Program-made: the position numbers and the translations under genes
Shown: piece by piece, positions 63,620 through 64,000 of the stretch
Layout of the letters: every line of letters starts with the position of its first letter
Position numbering within the stretch: position 1 is the stretch's first letter
The notes under the pieces: generated by a model
What the model saw: only the letters and a program-made list of their open reading frames with translations
Told to the model about the DNA's origin: nothing
Database searches by the model: none
NCBI GenBank assembly: GCA_043228905.1
Contig: JBHGNT010000011.1
Span: forward strand, 3,844,001 to 3,908,000
Reading direction: 5' to 3'
DNA: 64,000 nt
Source of the DNA: Azolla caroliniana
Taxonomy: Eukaryota; Plantae; Polypodiophyta

Positions 63620-63858
63620 AAGACAAATGTAGCTCAGTTGGTAAGGTTGCCCAATGGAGATCTACTATAGATCATGGGTTCAACCCTGACATTCCACAGT
63701 GGCATGATCTAGTGAATTAAGAGAGATATGTTTGAAGTATGTAATAGAGAGGTGAGGAAATTAGGTTTCGAACCCAAGACATAGAGCTTGTAGGGTAACA
63801 ACTTACTACTAGGGCGAGCTACATACGATAAAGAAAAAAAAGAGTGGGAGAGAAAGAG
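63620..63858. repeat. Inverted second copy of the double tRNA-head repeat
   Basis: TGTAGCTCAGTTGGTAAGG...GGGTTCAACCC on + and GGGTTCGAAACC on -; reverse complement of 61770-61990. Confidence 0.72.
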
Positions 63859-64000
63859 ACATATATATATATATATATATGTACACATCTTCAAACTGGA
63901 GCGGGGTATTTTTGGGAATTTCCAAAATAGTGAGGTAAAAGGAAACGTGGGAGGGGTATTCTGGGAAATTCTCCAAAACCAATACGAAATAAGAGAGAGA

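Noticed and set aside
63625-63700. Functional tRNA gene
   Set aside because: A and B boxes are present but I could not fold a convincing acceptor and anticodon stem; it occurs as diverged repeat copies.
63903-63978. Two GGGGTATT..GGGAA.TTCC motifs resembling Mutator termini
   Set aside because: No partner TIR or TSD found within the window.

Overview
Gene-poor plant nuclear DNA made almost entirely of nested, mostly decayed transposable elements. A non-seed plant, probably a fern, is inferred from the PLS-type PPR fragments, a Tcn1-like chromovirus, tRNA-Trp-primed non-chromoviral Gypsy elements and an RTE-X-like LINE. No intact cellular gene is visible. I resolve at least seven Ty1/Copia remnants, two chromovirus families, a Tat-like insert, several Trp-PBS Gypsy elements, six solo LTRs, two copies of a hAT MITE with exact 8-bp TSDs, a 9.6-kb hAT element carrying PPR fragments, two LINE 3' ends, kinase and CIP7-like gene fragments, and tRNA-derived repeats. 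The most interesting unit is the Tcn1-like chromovirus at 24571-29741. Its LTR combines an antisense tRNA-like Pol III A/B-box cassette, perfect heat-shock-element arrays next to the TATA box and an apparent self-priming PBS. Its 5' end is folded back exactly at that PBS. All family names come from motif recognition by eye, not from database searches.
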